Below are positions 10,828-20,054 of a DNA stretch of 64,000 nucleotides, piece after piece. Within the stretch, counting starts at the first letter, position 1. Every line of letters begins with the position of its first letter. Position numbers and translations under genes: made by a program. This stretch comes from Syntrophothermus sp. DTU052. GTDB taxonomy: Bacteria > Bacillota > Syntrophomonadia > Syntrophomonadales > DTU052. The stretch spans positions 45,765 through 109,764 of the forward strand of contig LFRU01000032.1 of the NCBI GenBank assembly GCA_001512495.1. The letters run 5' to 3'. The notes under the pieces were generated by a model. It made no database searches. It saw only the letters and a program-made list of their open reading frames with translations, and had not been told where the DNA came from.

Positions 10828-11940
10828 GTGGCAAAGCGGGATTACTATGAGATCTTGGGTGTTTCCCGTAATGCTTCTCCAGAGGAAATAAAAAAGGCCT
10901 ATCGTAATGCGGCCTTAAAATACCATCCCGATGTGGCAAAAGACAAGGAAGAGGCTGCGGTCAAAATGAAGGAACTGAACGAGGCCTACGCTGTGCTCAG
11001 TGATGAGCAGAAGCGCAGACAGTACGACCAGTTTGGCCATGCAGCCTTCGATCCCAATCAGGGGTTTGGCGGTGGTTTTGATTTCGACCTTGGTGGCATG
11101 GGCGATATCTTTGATATCTTTTTCGGCGGCGGCGGTCGGCGCCGCCGTACGGGTCCCCAACGGGGTGCAGACCGCGAAATGCAGGTGGTTATTGATTTTG
11201 AGGATGCCGCTTTTGGCGTGGAAAAGGAGATCCAGTTCCCCCGCCTGGAAGATTGCGATGTCTGCGAAGGCAGCGGTGCAGAACCGGGTACTTCGCCGAA
11301 AACATGTCCCACGTGCAATGGCAGGGGTCAGGTGCGTAATGTACAGAGTACACCCCTGGGGAGATTTGAAACGCTCAGAACCTGCAACCGCTGCGGGGGC
11401 AGCGGCAGGATAATTGAAAAGCCGTGCAGAACCTGCCACGGTCAGGGAAAAGTCAGGCGTAACCGGCGTGTTACCCTGCGGGTCCCCGCCGGGGTAGATA
11501 CCGGATCCAAGCTCCGTATGCCGGGGGAAGGAGAACCGGGTATAAATGGAGGTCCTCCCGGGGATCTTTACGTTTACGTCCAGGTTAAGCCCCACAAGGT
11601 ATTTCAACGTCGCGGGTTTGATATATACTGTGAGATCCCGATAACCTTTATCCAGGCGGCTCTGGGCGATGAGGTGGAGGTGCCGGTCCTGGACGGCAGT
11701 GGAAGCATAAAGGTCCCGGAGGGAACCCAGACCGGAGCCAGTTTTACTTTGAAGGGCAAGGGGATCCCGCACATCAGGGGGAACCGGCGTGGTGACCAGA
11801 TTGTGTTTGTTAAGGTGGTTACTCCTACCCGACTGACGGAAAAGCAGAAGGAATTACTCAGGAAGTTTGAACAGGAAGAGGAGAAAAAACATGAACGTAA
11901 AGGTATTTTCAATAAAGTAAAGGATGCCTTCACCGGATAA
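10828..11940 (+). CDS. dnaJ: Co-chaperone DnaJ (Hsp40)
   Basis: 370 aa. J domain with HPD (YHPDV), a G/F-rich linker and four CxxCxGxG zinc-finger repeats. Confidence 0.97.
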   Translation: MAKRDYYEILGVSRNASPEEIKKAYRNAALKYHPDVAKDKEEAAVKMKELNEAYAVLSDEQKRRQYDQFGHAAFDPNQGFGGGFDFDLGGMGDIFDIFFGGGGRRRRTGPQRGADREMQVVIDFEDAAFGVEKEIQFPRLEDCDVCEGSGAEPGTSPKTCPTCNGRGQVRNVQSTPLGRFETLRTCNRCGGSGRIIEKPCRTCHGQGKVRRNRRVTLRVPAGVDTGSKLRMPGEGEPGINGGPPGDLYVYVQVKPHKVFQRRGFDIYCEIPITFIQAALGDEVEVPVLDGSGSIKVPEGTQTGASFTLKGKGIPHIRGNRRGDQIVFVKVVTPTRLTEKQKELLRKFEQEEEKKHERKGIFNKVKDAFTG

Positions 11941-11973
11941 ACCTTTTCATTAATATGCTGGATTAAGAATGAC

Positions 11974-12900
11974 TTGGGAGTGAAAGCTGTGGAATGGAGT
12001 GAGATCCGGGTCTCGACAGAAGAACCCTGCGCTGAGGTTATCGCAGGGTTGTTTCACGAATGGGGAGCAGGTGGGGTGATAATTGAGGATCCCCACGCCA
12101 TCCGCCAGCATATTGCTCAGGGGAACTGGGAACTCCACGGTTTTGAGCAGGAGTACCTGGAAAGGAGTTCTGTCGTCATCAGAGCGTTCTATCCCGCTCC
12201 TTACACGCTGACCTCCAAGCAGATAGACGACCTGAGAACCGTAGCCGGTAATAGCTGCCATATTGAAGTCCTGACTGTGCAGGATGAAGACTGGGCCAGC
12301 AACTGGAAGGCCTATTATCACCCGGCCCGCGTCGGGCGCAGGCTGGTGATCAAACCGTCGTGGGAGTCCTATACCCCGCAAGGGGAAGACCTGATTATCG
12401 AACTGGATCCGGGGATGGCATTTGGAACCGGCACTCACATCACGACCCGCCAGTGTCTGGAGATGATGGAGATTTCTCTTATTCCCGGGCAAAGGGTATT
12501 GGACATCGGCACCGGGTCCGGCATCCTGGCTATTGCCGCCGCCAAACTGGGTGCGGGCGAGGTGAAAGCCATTGATATTGATCCGGTGGCAGTGGAAATC
12601 GCACAGCAGAACATCAGACAAAACGGGGTTGAATCCCGGGTAACTGCGGTACACCAGGACCTGGCCGAGTTTTGGGCGCCGGAAGCAGATCTGGTGACCG
12701 CCAACCTGACGGGCCCGGTTCTCCGCCAACTGCTCGAACGCCTGATCTCTCTCACCCGCTCGGGCGGGCGGATGATCCTGGCCGGTATTGGCCGAGAACA
12801 GTGGCCGCAACTGCAAACTGTTATGATCCAAAAGGGGCTGATTCTTGAGAAAACGAACCGGGATGAGGATTGGGTAGCGGTCCTGGCCAGGAGGCCGTAG
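11974..12900 (+). CDS. prmA: Ribosomal protein L11 methyltransferase PrmA
   Basis: 308 aa. SAM motif VLDIGTGSGILAIAAAKLGA, a PrmA-type N-terminal domain, and the conserved position after dnaJ. Confidence 0.9.
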   Translation: MGVKAVEWSEIRVSTEEPCAEVIAGLFHEWGAGGVIIEDPHAIRQHIAQGNWELHGFEQEYLERSSVVIRAFYPAPYTLTSKQIDDLRTVAGNSCHIEVLTVQDEDWASNWKAYYHPARVGRRLVIKPSWESYTPQGEDLIIELDPGMAFGTGTHITTRQCLEMMEISLIPGQRVLDIGTGSGILAIAAAKLGAGEVKAIDIDPVAVEIAQQNIRQNGVESRVTAVHQDLAEFWAPEADLVTANLTGPVLRQLLERLISLTRSGGRMILAGIGREQWPQLQTVMIQKGLILEKTNRDEDWVAVLARRP

Positions 12901-12904
12901 TGTT

Positions 12905-13660
12905 ATGCGCCGTTTTTACCTTGCTTCTGACAATTTGAATCGAGACCGGATATCGATCAGCGGGGAAGAGGCCCGCCATATAGCCGTGGTCTTGCGGTTA
13001 AAGCCCGGAGATGTGATCAGTGTATTTGATGGCTCCGGTTATGAGTATCAGGTCAGTCTCTTATCTGTTGCCAGCAATCTGGTGGTTGGACGGGTGCTTT
13101 CCCGCGAGCTGAGTGCGGCTGAGCCCCCGGCACTCATAATCCTGGTGCAGGGTCTTGCCAGAGGGGAGAAGATGGATTACATAATACAGAAGTCGGTGGA
13201 GTTGGGGGTTGGCCGGATTATTCCCATTCAGACTGAGCATTCGGTGGTCAGACTTGATTCTCAAAGGGCTGAGAACAAGATAAGGCGCTGGAACAGGTTG
13301 TCGCTGGAGGCCTGTAAGCAGTGCGGGCGCAGTCAACCCCCGCCGGTGGAAGAGTTGTCCGATCTCGGCACGGTTTTGAAAAGGTTTTCCGGGATGCCCG
13401 GCATCTTCTTCTATGAAGGGTGTAAAGAAAAGCCCCTGAGAGCATTAATCAAGCAGCACCGCCAGGCCATGCTGGAACGGGGAACAGTCATATTTATCGG
13501 CCCCGAAGGAGGATTCTCCAGGGATGAGGCACAGTTGGCGGAGGACAGCGGGATCATGCTCTCCGGTTTGGGACCCCGCACCCTGCGGACCGAGACCGCG
13601 GGACTGGTGGCATTGTCAATTCTGATGTATGAACTGGGGGACCTGGGAGGCTGCAGGTAA
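12905..13660 (+). CDS. rsmE: 16S rRNA (uracil1498-N3)-methyltransferase RsmE
   Basis: 251 aa. PUA-like N-terminus plus the SPOUT C-terminal motif GPEGGFSRDE...LGPRTLRTETA. Confidence 0.9.
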   Translation: MRRFYLASDNLNRDRISISGEEARHIAVVLRLKPGDVISVFDGSGYEYQVSLLSVASNLVVGRVLSRELSAAEPPALIILVQGLARGEKMDYIIQKSVELGVGRIIPIQTEHSVVRLDSQRAENKIRRWNRLSLEACKQCGRSQPPPVEELSDLGTVLKRFSGMPGIFFYEGCKEKPLRALIKQHRQAMLERGTVIFIGPEGGFSRDEAQLAEDSGIMLSGLGPRTLRTETAGLVALSILMYELGDLGGCR

Positions 13661-13765
13661 ACAGGTTCCGGCCTGAATTCTTCATGACCTTGAAAAGACT
13701 TGGAAAGGAGAGCCGGCCAGGTGGGAAAACACAGAATACCCGACCATGCAGAGGCTACCGGTAAT

Positions 13766-15115
13766 ATGAAAACTGCCGCCCAAACGACTTCTTTCCCCCA
13801 GGGTGCTTTTACCGGCAGCCAACGGGTATCGTTGTTTACCCTGGGATGCAAGGTAAACCAGGTAGAGACTGAAGCCCTGAGAGAGGAGTTCATTCACCAC
13901 GGTTTTCAAATCGCTGATCCATCTGAAGCGGCTGATATATATGTGATCAATACATGTGCAGTCACCCGGACTGCGGAAAAGAAGTCGCGCGCCATTATAC
14001 GCCGGGCTCGAAGAAGCAACCCCCACAGTCTGGTGGTTGTGACCGGCTGTTACGCTGAGCTGGCCAAATCAGAGCCGGCTCATCGGCTGGATGTCGACCT
14101 GTTGGTATCCAACCAGGATAAAGAGTTCCTGGTTGAGTGCATAAACCGGTACTTGCGGCAGGAAGGGGAGACTTCCTACGACTCGAGCCGACTGCGGCCG
14201 ACCCGATACTCCTATCACCACCGGCGGACTCGTGGGTTTATTAAAATCCAGGATGGGTGTGAGAATTGTTGCTCCTACTGCATAGTGCCCCGGCTGCGCG
14301 GGCCGGTGAGGAGCAAGCTCCCTGAGCATGTGCTGGAAGAGATTCAAAGCATGATAGATAATGATTACCGGGAGATTGTGCTGAATGGGATTCACCTGGG
14401 GCATTACGGGAAAGATATGGAAGGGTGGGACCTAACCGGGCTGCTCAAGCTGATTCTGGCTCGGGTTTCGGGAGACTATCGAATTCGTCTGGGTTCAGTG
14501 GAACCGACGGAAATCAATGAGGAATTAGTTGAGCTGGTTATAAATGAGCCCCGTTTATGCAAACACCTGCACATCCCATTGCAGAGCGGCAGTGACAAGA
14601 TCCTTCAGTCCATGAACCGGCATTACAAGGCCGGCGAATACCTTGAGCTCCTTACCGACCTGTATTTGCGAGAACCGAAAATGGGGCTGACCGCCGATGT
14701 CATGGTGGGTTTCCCCGGGGAAGGGGAATGGGAGTTCAGGGAAACATATCAGTTGATACAGAACAGTCCCTTAAATGACCTGCATGTATTCCGCTTTTCT
14801 GTCCGCCCGGGAACTAGGGCTGCACTGATGGAGAACCAGGTGAGCGAAACGATTAAAAAGGAACGCAGTCAGCAATTGATTGAACTGGGACGTCGCCGGC
14901 GAGCCTCGTTTTTGCAGAGCCTGATCGGTGCACAGTTGCAGGTGCTGACGGAGGAAACGGCTCCGGGGGGAATGCGGGGTCTGAGCGAGAACTACGTGGA
15001 GGTAATCGTAGAAGGAGCCAAAGATACCAACCGCTTTTACCCCGCCGGGATTTATGGGCTCAAGGATGACTCGCTGCTGGCAGGAAGGGCCGCGGCCTTC
15101 AACCCGGAAGCTTGA
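13766..15115 (+). CDS. mtaB: tRNA t6A37 methylthiotransferase MtaB (MiaB-like radical SAM)
   Basis: UPF0004 N-terminal domain (FTLGCKVNQVETEAL), a radical SAM Cys motif (CENCCSYCIVP) and a TRAM-like C-terminus. It occupies the yqeV position. The ORF opens at 13700 (TTG). I prefer the ATG at 13766, but the start is uncertain. Confidence 0.85.
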   Translation: MKTAAQTTSFPQGAFTGSQRVSLFTLGCKVNQVETEALREEFIHHGFQIADPSEAADIYVINTCAVTRTAEKKSRAIIRRARRSNPHSLVVVTGCYAELAKSEPAHRLDVDLLVSNQDKEFLVECINRYLRQEGETSYDSSRLRPTRYSYHHRRTRGFIKIQDGCENCCSYCIVPRLRGPVRSKLPEHVLEEIQSMIDNDYREIVLNGIHLGHYGKDMEGWDLTGLLKLILARVSGDYRIRLGSVEPTEINEELVELVINEPRLCKHLHIPLQSGSDKILQSMNRHYKAGEYLELLTDLYLREPKMGLTADVMVGFPGEGEWEFRETYQLIQNSPLNDLHVFRFSVRPGTRAALMENQVSETIKKERSQQLIELGRRRRASFLQSLIGAQLQVLTEETAPGGMRGLSENYVEVIVEGAKDTNRFYPAGIYGLKDDSLLAGRAAAFNPEA

Positions 15116-15264
15116 TTTCTGAACATTAATACAATTAGAATATATTTGACAATACTTTCCCCCGATTTACAGCATGGGTCGGATTGAAAAAAGGGGAAGT
15201 TGCTGAATCAGGAAGGAATATTTCGACGGATAGTTGAATCAATAATCATAAAAGGGGTGAAGAC

Positions 15265-15594
15265 GTGACCGAATGCGTGTTTTGCAAGATAATCAACAAG
15301 GAGATTGACTCCTCGATAGTCTTTGAAGATGACGATGTTTTGGCTATAAACGATATCAACCCCCTTGCGCCTGTTCATATCCTCCTGATGCCCAAGAAAC
15401 ACATCGCTAATCTGGATGACATGCAAGAGTCTGATCAGGGCTTACTCGGATATATACAGTTCCGGGCCCGGGAAATTGCACGGCAGGTTGGTTTGGACGG
15501 CAACTTCCGGTTAATGACCAATTGTGGAGAGAAAGCGGGACAAAGGGTGTTTCATTTGCATTACCACCTCCTGGGCGGCAAAGATATGGAATAG
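15265..15594 (+). CDS. HIT-family (histidine triad) nucleotide-binding protein
   Basis: 109 aa. CVFCKI near the N-terminus and the histidine triad HLHYHLLGG. Confidence 0.9.
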   Translation: MTECVFCKIINKEIDSSIVFEDDDVLAINDINPLAPVHILLMPKKHIANLDDMQESDQGLLGYIQFRAREIARQVGLDGNFRLMTNCGEKAGQRVFHLHYHLLGGKDME

Positions 15595-15679
15595 CGGTGG
15601 CTGTCTTGACGTTGGGGTGGGGCAAGGAGTAGAATGTAGAGGTATGTTGCAACGGCTATATGAGGAGGGGAGGGAAAAG

Positions 15680-15865
15680 ATGAGCGAAGTAAAAGTCGGA
15701 AAAAACGAATCCTTAGATAGTGCTATAAAGAGATTTAAACGCTCCTGTCAGCGAGCGGGCATAATGCAGGAAATGAGAAAACACGAGCATTATGATAAAC
15801 CTAGTGTCAGGAGAAAAAAGAAGGCTGAAGCCGCAAGGAAAAAGAAGAAAAAACTAGGGAGGTAA
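15680..15865 (+). CDS. rpsU: 30S ribosomal protein S21
   Basis: The ATG at 15680 follows an RBS (GAGGAGGGGAGGG). The 61-aa product reads [28 protein letters not shown]...[15 protein letters not shown]. The 5' part of ORF 15524..15865 is a spurious extension. Confidence 0.95.
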   Translation: MSEVKVGKNESLDSAIKRFKRSCQRAGIMQEMRKHEHYDKPSVRRKKKAEAARKKKKKLGR

Positions 15866-15868
15866 CCG

Positions 15869-16321
15869 ATGGCCCTGAAGGATTCTCTAGTCGCTGATAT
15901 GAAAGCGGTTATGAAAGAGGGCCGGGATAAGACCAAACTATCAGTGTTGAGGCTCCTAAAAACCGCTGTTCAATATGAGGAAATAGAGAAAAATCGCGAG
16001 CTTAACGATGAGGAGATTCTAGAGGTTATAGCTCGGGAGATCAAACAGCGGCAGGATGCTATCCCGGACTATCAGCGGGCCAACCGGGAAGAAGCTGTTA
16101 AGAAGCTTAGAGAAGAAATCGAGTATCTTCAAACCTACCTCCCCCAGCAGATGACAGAAGACGAGATCCGCGACCTGGTGTTGCAGGTGATTCAGGAAAC
16201 CGGGGCCACAGGTCCTGGAGATATAGGCAAAGTCATGAAATCCATTATTCCGCGGACCAAAGGACGGGCTGACGGAAGACGGGTTAATAACATGGTAAGA
16301 CAAATCCTCGAATCGAAATAA
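15869..16321 (+). CDS. yqeY: GatB/YqeY domain protein
   Basis: 150 aa, MALKDSLVADMKAVMKEGRDKTKLSVLRLLKTAVQYEEIEK... with a GDIGKVMK motif. Conserved neighbour of rpsU. Confidence 0.85.
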   Translation: MALKDSLVADMKAVMKEGRDKTKLSVLRLLKTAVQYEEIEKNRELNDEEILEVIAREIKQRQDAIPDYQRANREEAVKKLREEIEYLQTYLPQQMTEDEIRDLVLQVIQETGATGPGDIGKVMKSIIPRTKGRADGRRVNNMVRQILESK

Positions 16322-16449
16322 TAGCCTGGTGGGACTGAAGTCCGGGGACCAGGCTTTTTCCTTTTCTTGAACCATAATTTAGGTCTGATATAGAATAGAA
16401 TTCAGTATAATCTAATCATCATGCAGCAGAGTGTATTGGAGGTATCACC

Positions 16450-16566
16450 GTGGCTTTTATGAAAAAAGGTATGCAGAGACGTAACCAGCGTATAGTGCTG
16501 TATATCATTGTGTTTCTGGTTATAATCAGTTTTCTGCTTACAATTGTCCTCCCCCTCTGGATGTAA
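16450..16566 (+). CDS. Possible small membrane protein (38 aa), below the ORF-track length cutoff
   Basis: GGAGG followed by 6 nt and GTG at 16450. The product VAFMKKGMQRRNQRIVLYIIVFLVIISFLLTIVLPLWM has a basic N-terminus and one TM helix. I recognise no homology. Confidence 0.35.
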   Translation: MAFMKKGMQRRNQRIVLYIIVFLVIISFLLTIVLPLWM

Positions 16567-16572
16567 TCGGGG

Positions 16573-16790
16573 TTACACGAACTCCAAATCGTTAGATGCG
16601 ATGAGCATGGTTTGGGCTGCGGCCTGTAGAAACTGAATTCACCCGCGTCGTAAGCGAATATCCAGATTGGAAGGGGGCTCATCGCATATGAACAGTTGCG
16701 GGTGCATAGCCTGCACAGCAGCTATGGGGACCATTCCTATCGACATGGAGCATGTCGCTGTGTCCAACCACCATTTTTCACCATCCTTTT
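16573..16790 (-). pseudogene. Possible relic of an ABC-transporter ATPase (signature to D-loop/H-loop region)
   Basis: The minus-strand translation reads ...IGMVPIAAVQAMHPQLFICDEPPSNLDIRLRRG*IQFLQAAAQTMLIASNDLEFV*, which fits the ABC pattern P.L.L.DEP.SNLD...R (Walker B/D-loop) followed by T.I.V(T/S)HD..E. A neighbouring frame has NGGWTQRHAPCR, resembling SGGQRQRVAxGR. It is interrupted by stops and no Walker A is found. Confidence 0.3.
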
Positions 16791-17138
16791 CCTCCATTCT
16801 CAAGATCTAATTGGACTTCTCAATTGCTGGGGAAGCTTCATCTTTCAGCCGGGTGAAAAGTATGCTTGGTCTCCCGGCCGACTGTTGACGCCTCCTTATA
16901 CCAAATAAGAAGCCGTGAAAACACCAGGCGAAAACGGTCAGCATAACCAAAAATTATCCGGCTGGGCTTGAACTATTGGTTTTTGTAAAAACCTCAACCA
17001 CTCTTGCCAGGATAAATATGACCTATGGAAGGCAAACCGTTTCCCCGGGCGGTTATTCCCTCCAATACTTCCCGGCAGTGATTGGGCGAATCGGCCTGAG
17101 AGACAAAGCATAAAGTGTAGTGAACGGGAGGGAGTTTC

Positions 17139-17423
17139 GTGCCCAAGAAGCCAAGGCCCGACAGACTAGAGCAGATTCTGGGCGACATGCTGGAACTGCC
17201 AAAAGATCTGGTTTTGGATCTGCCACGTCTGGTTGTTATTGGTCAACGGGAACTGTACCTGGAAAACCACAAAGGGATAATCGAGTATGGGGATTGCTGC
17301 ATTAAGATCAACCTAAGCCGCGGACTCTTGGAGATAGAGGGCGAGGGTTTGGAGATAAAGCTGATTATGCCGGACGAGGTTACCATTACCGGGTTGATTA
17401 AAAGCCTCCGTTTTGTCGAATGA
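17139..17423 (+). CDS. yqfC: Sporulation protein YqfC
   Basis: 94 aa. PKDLVLDLPRLVVIGQRELYLENHKGIIEYGDCCIKIN...ITGLIKSLRF is typical of YqfC. GGGAGGGAG RBS before the GTG start. Confidence 0.85.
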   Translation: MPKKPRPDRLEQILGDMLELPKDLVLDLPRLVVIGQRELYLENHKGIIEYGDCCIKINLSRGLLEIEGEGLEIKLIMPDEVTITGLIKSLRFVE

Positions 17424-17502
17424 AGCAGACACCCGAGCAGCCGGAATCTTTGGCCCCGGTGGCGAGACAACAAATCCTATTTGGTTGGCGAGGGGGTAGG
17501 TT

Positions 17503-18714
17503 ATGAGTATTAACCGTTGGTTGGACTACCTGGGAGGAATTATAACCGTACGGGTGCGCGGTCCCTATCCGGAAAAAATAATTAACCTGGCCCTATCCCG
17601 AGGGTTGTTCCTCTCCGATATCAAGCGGGATGGACAGGATGTTTATTTCAGCATGCGTAGAACCGGTTATAAAGCGCTGGCAGGCATCGCGGAAAAATTC
17701 GGCTACCAGGTAGAGGTTTTAAGCCGCAAAGGGCTTCCCTATTACCGTCAGACTTTGCGGCGGCGATGGATGATGTTAATCGGAGCCCTGGTGTTTATTC
17801 TGGTGTTGTACATACTGTCCTCATTGGTGTGGTTTTTGGAGGTCCGGGGGACCAATAACGTCAAAAAGGAAGCAGTGACCCGGAGTGCCGCCAACTTTGG
17901 TCTCCAGCGCTACGCTTTTAAGGGGAGTCTGAACAAGACGCTCATCGAAGAGGGCATTTTAAGGGAAATCCCGGAGTTATCGTATGTACAGGTGAATATA
18001 AAAGGAGTTAAAGCCACAATCAAGGTGGTGGAAAAGGTGCTGCCCGCAGAGCAGCTTACCGGTCCCTGCAACCTGGTAGCCAAAAGAGGCGGGATTGTGG
18101 AGGAGGTAATGGTTCTGGATGGCACCGCCATGGTTCAGAAAGGGGAGACGGTTGGAGCGGGTAATATCCTTATTTCGGGAACAATTATACCACAAGGGGA
18201 GTACCCTGATGATATGATACCTCCCCCCCGACTGGTTAAAGCCCAGGGTGTAGTTAAGGCCCGGGTTTGGTATGAAGGGTACGGGGAGCACCCGCTGTTG
18301 GAGGAGAAGACCGTTCCCACCGGTGCCTCGGCCGAAAGCATCAGTCTGGAAACCCCCTGGGGTAAATGGGATATCAAACGTCCGCAGCAGAGTTTCACCT
18401 CCTTCGAAGTCCAAAAATCAGGCCAGGTATTGAAAACCCCCTGGGGCAAGATATCGTGGAAGCGGGAAACGTTTTGGGAAACCAGGGTCCAAACGGAAGA
18501 ATTCGACCCGGAGGTAGCTTTAGAAATTGCCCGGCAGCAGGCACTGGCCAACCTCAGGGAGGAAATAAAAGGAGCCGAAAAAATACTAAGCACCAAAACC
18601 AGGCTGATTTCATCTGCGAGCGATAACATAATACGTGTAAAAGCCGAAGCGGAGGTGCTCGAGGATATCTGCCGTCCGCAGCCGCTGAATATGGAGGAGG
18701 AACTGCCAAGTTAG
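17503..18714 (+). CDS. yqfD: Sporulation protein YqfD
   Basis: 403 aa. The N-terminus (LDYLGGIITVRVRGPYPEKIINLALSRGLFLSDIKR), a single central TM segment and the position after yqfC all fit YqfD. Confidence 0.85.
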   Translation: MSINRWLDYLGGIITVRVRGPYPEKIINLALSRGLFLSDIKRDGQDVYFSMRRTGYKALAGIAEKFGYQVEVLSRKGLPYYRQTLRRRWMMLIGALVFILVLYILSSLVWFLEVRGTNNVKKEAVTRSAANFGLQRYAFKGSLNKTLIEEGILREIPELSYVQVNIKGVKATIKVVEKVLPAEQLTGPCNLVAKRGGIVEEVMVLDGTAMVQKGETVGAGNILISGTIIPQGEYPDDMIPPPRLVKAQGVVKARVWYEGYGEHPLLEEKTVPTGASAESISLETPWGKWDIKRPQQSFTSFEVQKSGQVLKTPWGKISWKRETFWETRVQTEEFDPEVALEIARQQALANLREEIKGAEKILSTKTRLISSASDNIIRVKAEAEVLEDICRPQPLNMEEELPS

Positions 18715-19015
18715 GTGTTTTCGGGCAGGGAAACGATTTGCCGGGTTTCTCCGGGAACTGAAGACATGGCGCTGAAAAGGCCTCAACATCAACCGCCCAG
18801 TAACTATGGGCGAACACCCGCCGGCGGGCACCAAAGTTGATTGCCCGCGCAAGGCACCATCCTGGAGGGATGTGGGCTATCGACAGAGAACACTTGAGGA
18901 GATAGGTGAAAACACTAAACCATGTATTGAATAAAGAATCACCGGTATGCAATCGCCTGCCGGGGCATGACAGAGACCTTCGGCCTACCACGATGCGGAC
19001 ACCCTTATTTTAATG

Positions 19016-19024
19016 TGTTATAAT
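19016..19024 (+). promoter_or_regulatory. Putative extended -10 promoter element for phoH
   Basis: TGtTATAAT lies 38 nt upstream of the phoH TTG start. No good -35 element. Confidence 0.4.
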
Positions 19025-19061
19025 ACTCACATTATCAACCATTTAGTAGGAGGTCTGATGA

Positions 19062-20048
19062 TTGCCCGAAAAAGAGACGTGGGTGAGTATACCAAACAAC
19101 CTGGATGCCGCCATATTTTTTGGTTCCTACGACGATAACTTTAAGCACCTGGCACAACTCTGCAGAGCAGAATTGTCCGCCCGGGGCGGAGATATCCATA
19201 TCCGTGGAGAAGAGGATGCGGTGAACGAGGCCGAGGCCTTGATTTATGCCCTGCTTGATATCGTCAGGACCGAGAAACAGCTGACCCCGGCAGACATTAG
19301 CTACGCCGCCGACATAACCCGAAAAGGACTGTCTATAAAGCACCAGGACATCGTTTCCGGAACCATCCTGACCACCGCCCGTGGTAAATCAATTAAGGCC
19401 AAGACTCTTGGACAGAAGAAGTATGTGCAGGCGATGGCCGATAATGACATCGTGTTTGCAATTGGACCGGCCGGGACCGGAAAAACTTATCTGGCAGTGG
19501 TAATGGCGGTAAGAGCTCTACGCAACAAGGAGGTTCAGCGCATCATCCTGGTAAGACCTGCGGTAGAAGCCGGTGAAAAGCTGGGTTTCCTGCCCGGGGA
19601 TTTTATTGAGAAGGTGAACCCTTACCTGCGTCCTCTTTACGATGGTCTCTTTGATATTCTGGGGCTGGATGTAACTCAGAGATATATGGAAAAGAACATT
19701 ATTGAAGTGGCTCCCCTGGCCTATATGCGGGGACGCACCCTGAATGATGCCTTTATTATCCTGGATGAGGCGCAGAACACCACCCCGCAACAGATGAAGA
19801 TGTTTTTAACCCGTTTGGGGTTTGGATCCCGGGCGGTAATTACCGGAGATATCACCCAGGTTGACCTGCCCAAGGAAGAATTTTCCGGATTAATTGAGAT
19901 ACAGAAGATCCTGAAAGGCATCGAAGGGATATCCTTTAACTATCTCAACCGGGAGGATGTAGTCAGGCATCCACTGGTGCAGAGGATAATTGACGCTTAT
20001 GAAGAATACGAAACGGCAGAACCGGAAGACAGTCGGGCGAAGGATTGA
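19062..20048 (+). CDS. phoH: PhoH-like ATPase
   Basis: 328 aa. Walker A GPAGTGKTYLAV and Walker B FIILDEAQN. AGGAGG lies 8 nt before the TTG start. Confidence 0.93.
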   Translation: MPEKETWVSIPNNLDAAIFFGSYDDNFKHLAQLCRAELSARGGDIHIRGEEDAVNEAEALIYALLDIVRTEKQLTPADISYAADITRKGLSIKHQDIVSGTILTTARGKSIKAKTLGQKKYVQAMADNDIVFAIGPAGTGKTYLAVVMAVRALRNKEVQRIILVRPAVEAGEKLGFLPGDFIEKVNPYLRPLYDGLFDILGLDVTQRYMEKNIIEVAPLAYMRGRTLNDAFIILDEAQNTTPQQMKMFLTRLGFGSRAVITGDITQVDLPKEEFSGLIEIQKILKGIEGISFNYLNREDVVRHPLVQRIIDAYEEYETAEPEDSRAKD

Positions 20049-20054
20049 TTCCGC

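Noticed and set aside
10915-11772. Long antisense ORFs opposite bona fide genes. Examples: 285 aa opposite dnaJ here, 293 aa opposite prmA (11950-12831), 204 aa opposite dnaK (8935-9549), 221 aa opposite era (23402-24067), 243 aa opposite ppdK (32406-33137), 303 aa opposite the acyl-CoA synthetase (50239-51150) and 205 aa opposite the RACo-like gene (59922-60539).
   Set aside because: Each lies entirely within a strongly supported sense gene, has no RBS or recognisable motif, and has a skewed Arg/Pro/Gly/Ser-rich composition. These are typical shadow ORFs produced by the codon periodicity of the sense strand.
16595-16687. The 11-bp long-range inverted repeat atgcgatgagc/gctcatcgcat, considered as the closing stem of a riboswitch-like RNA.
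   Set aside because: Both arms fall inside the putative ABC-ATPase relic (codons for ...TMLIAS... and ...ICDEP...), and no known riboswitch core motifs lie between them. It is probably coincidental.
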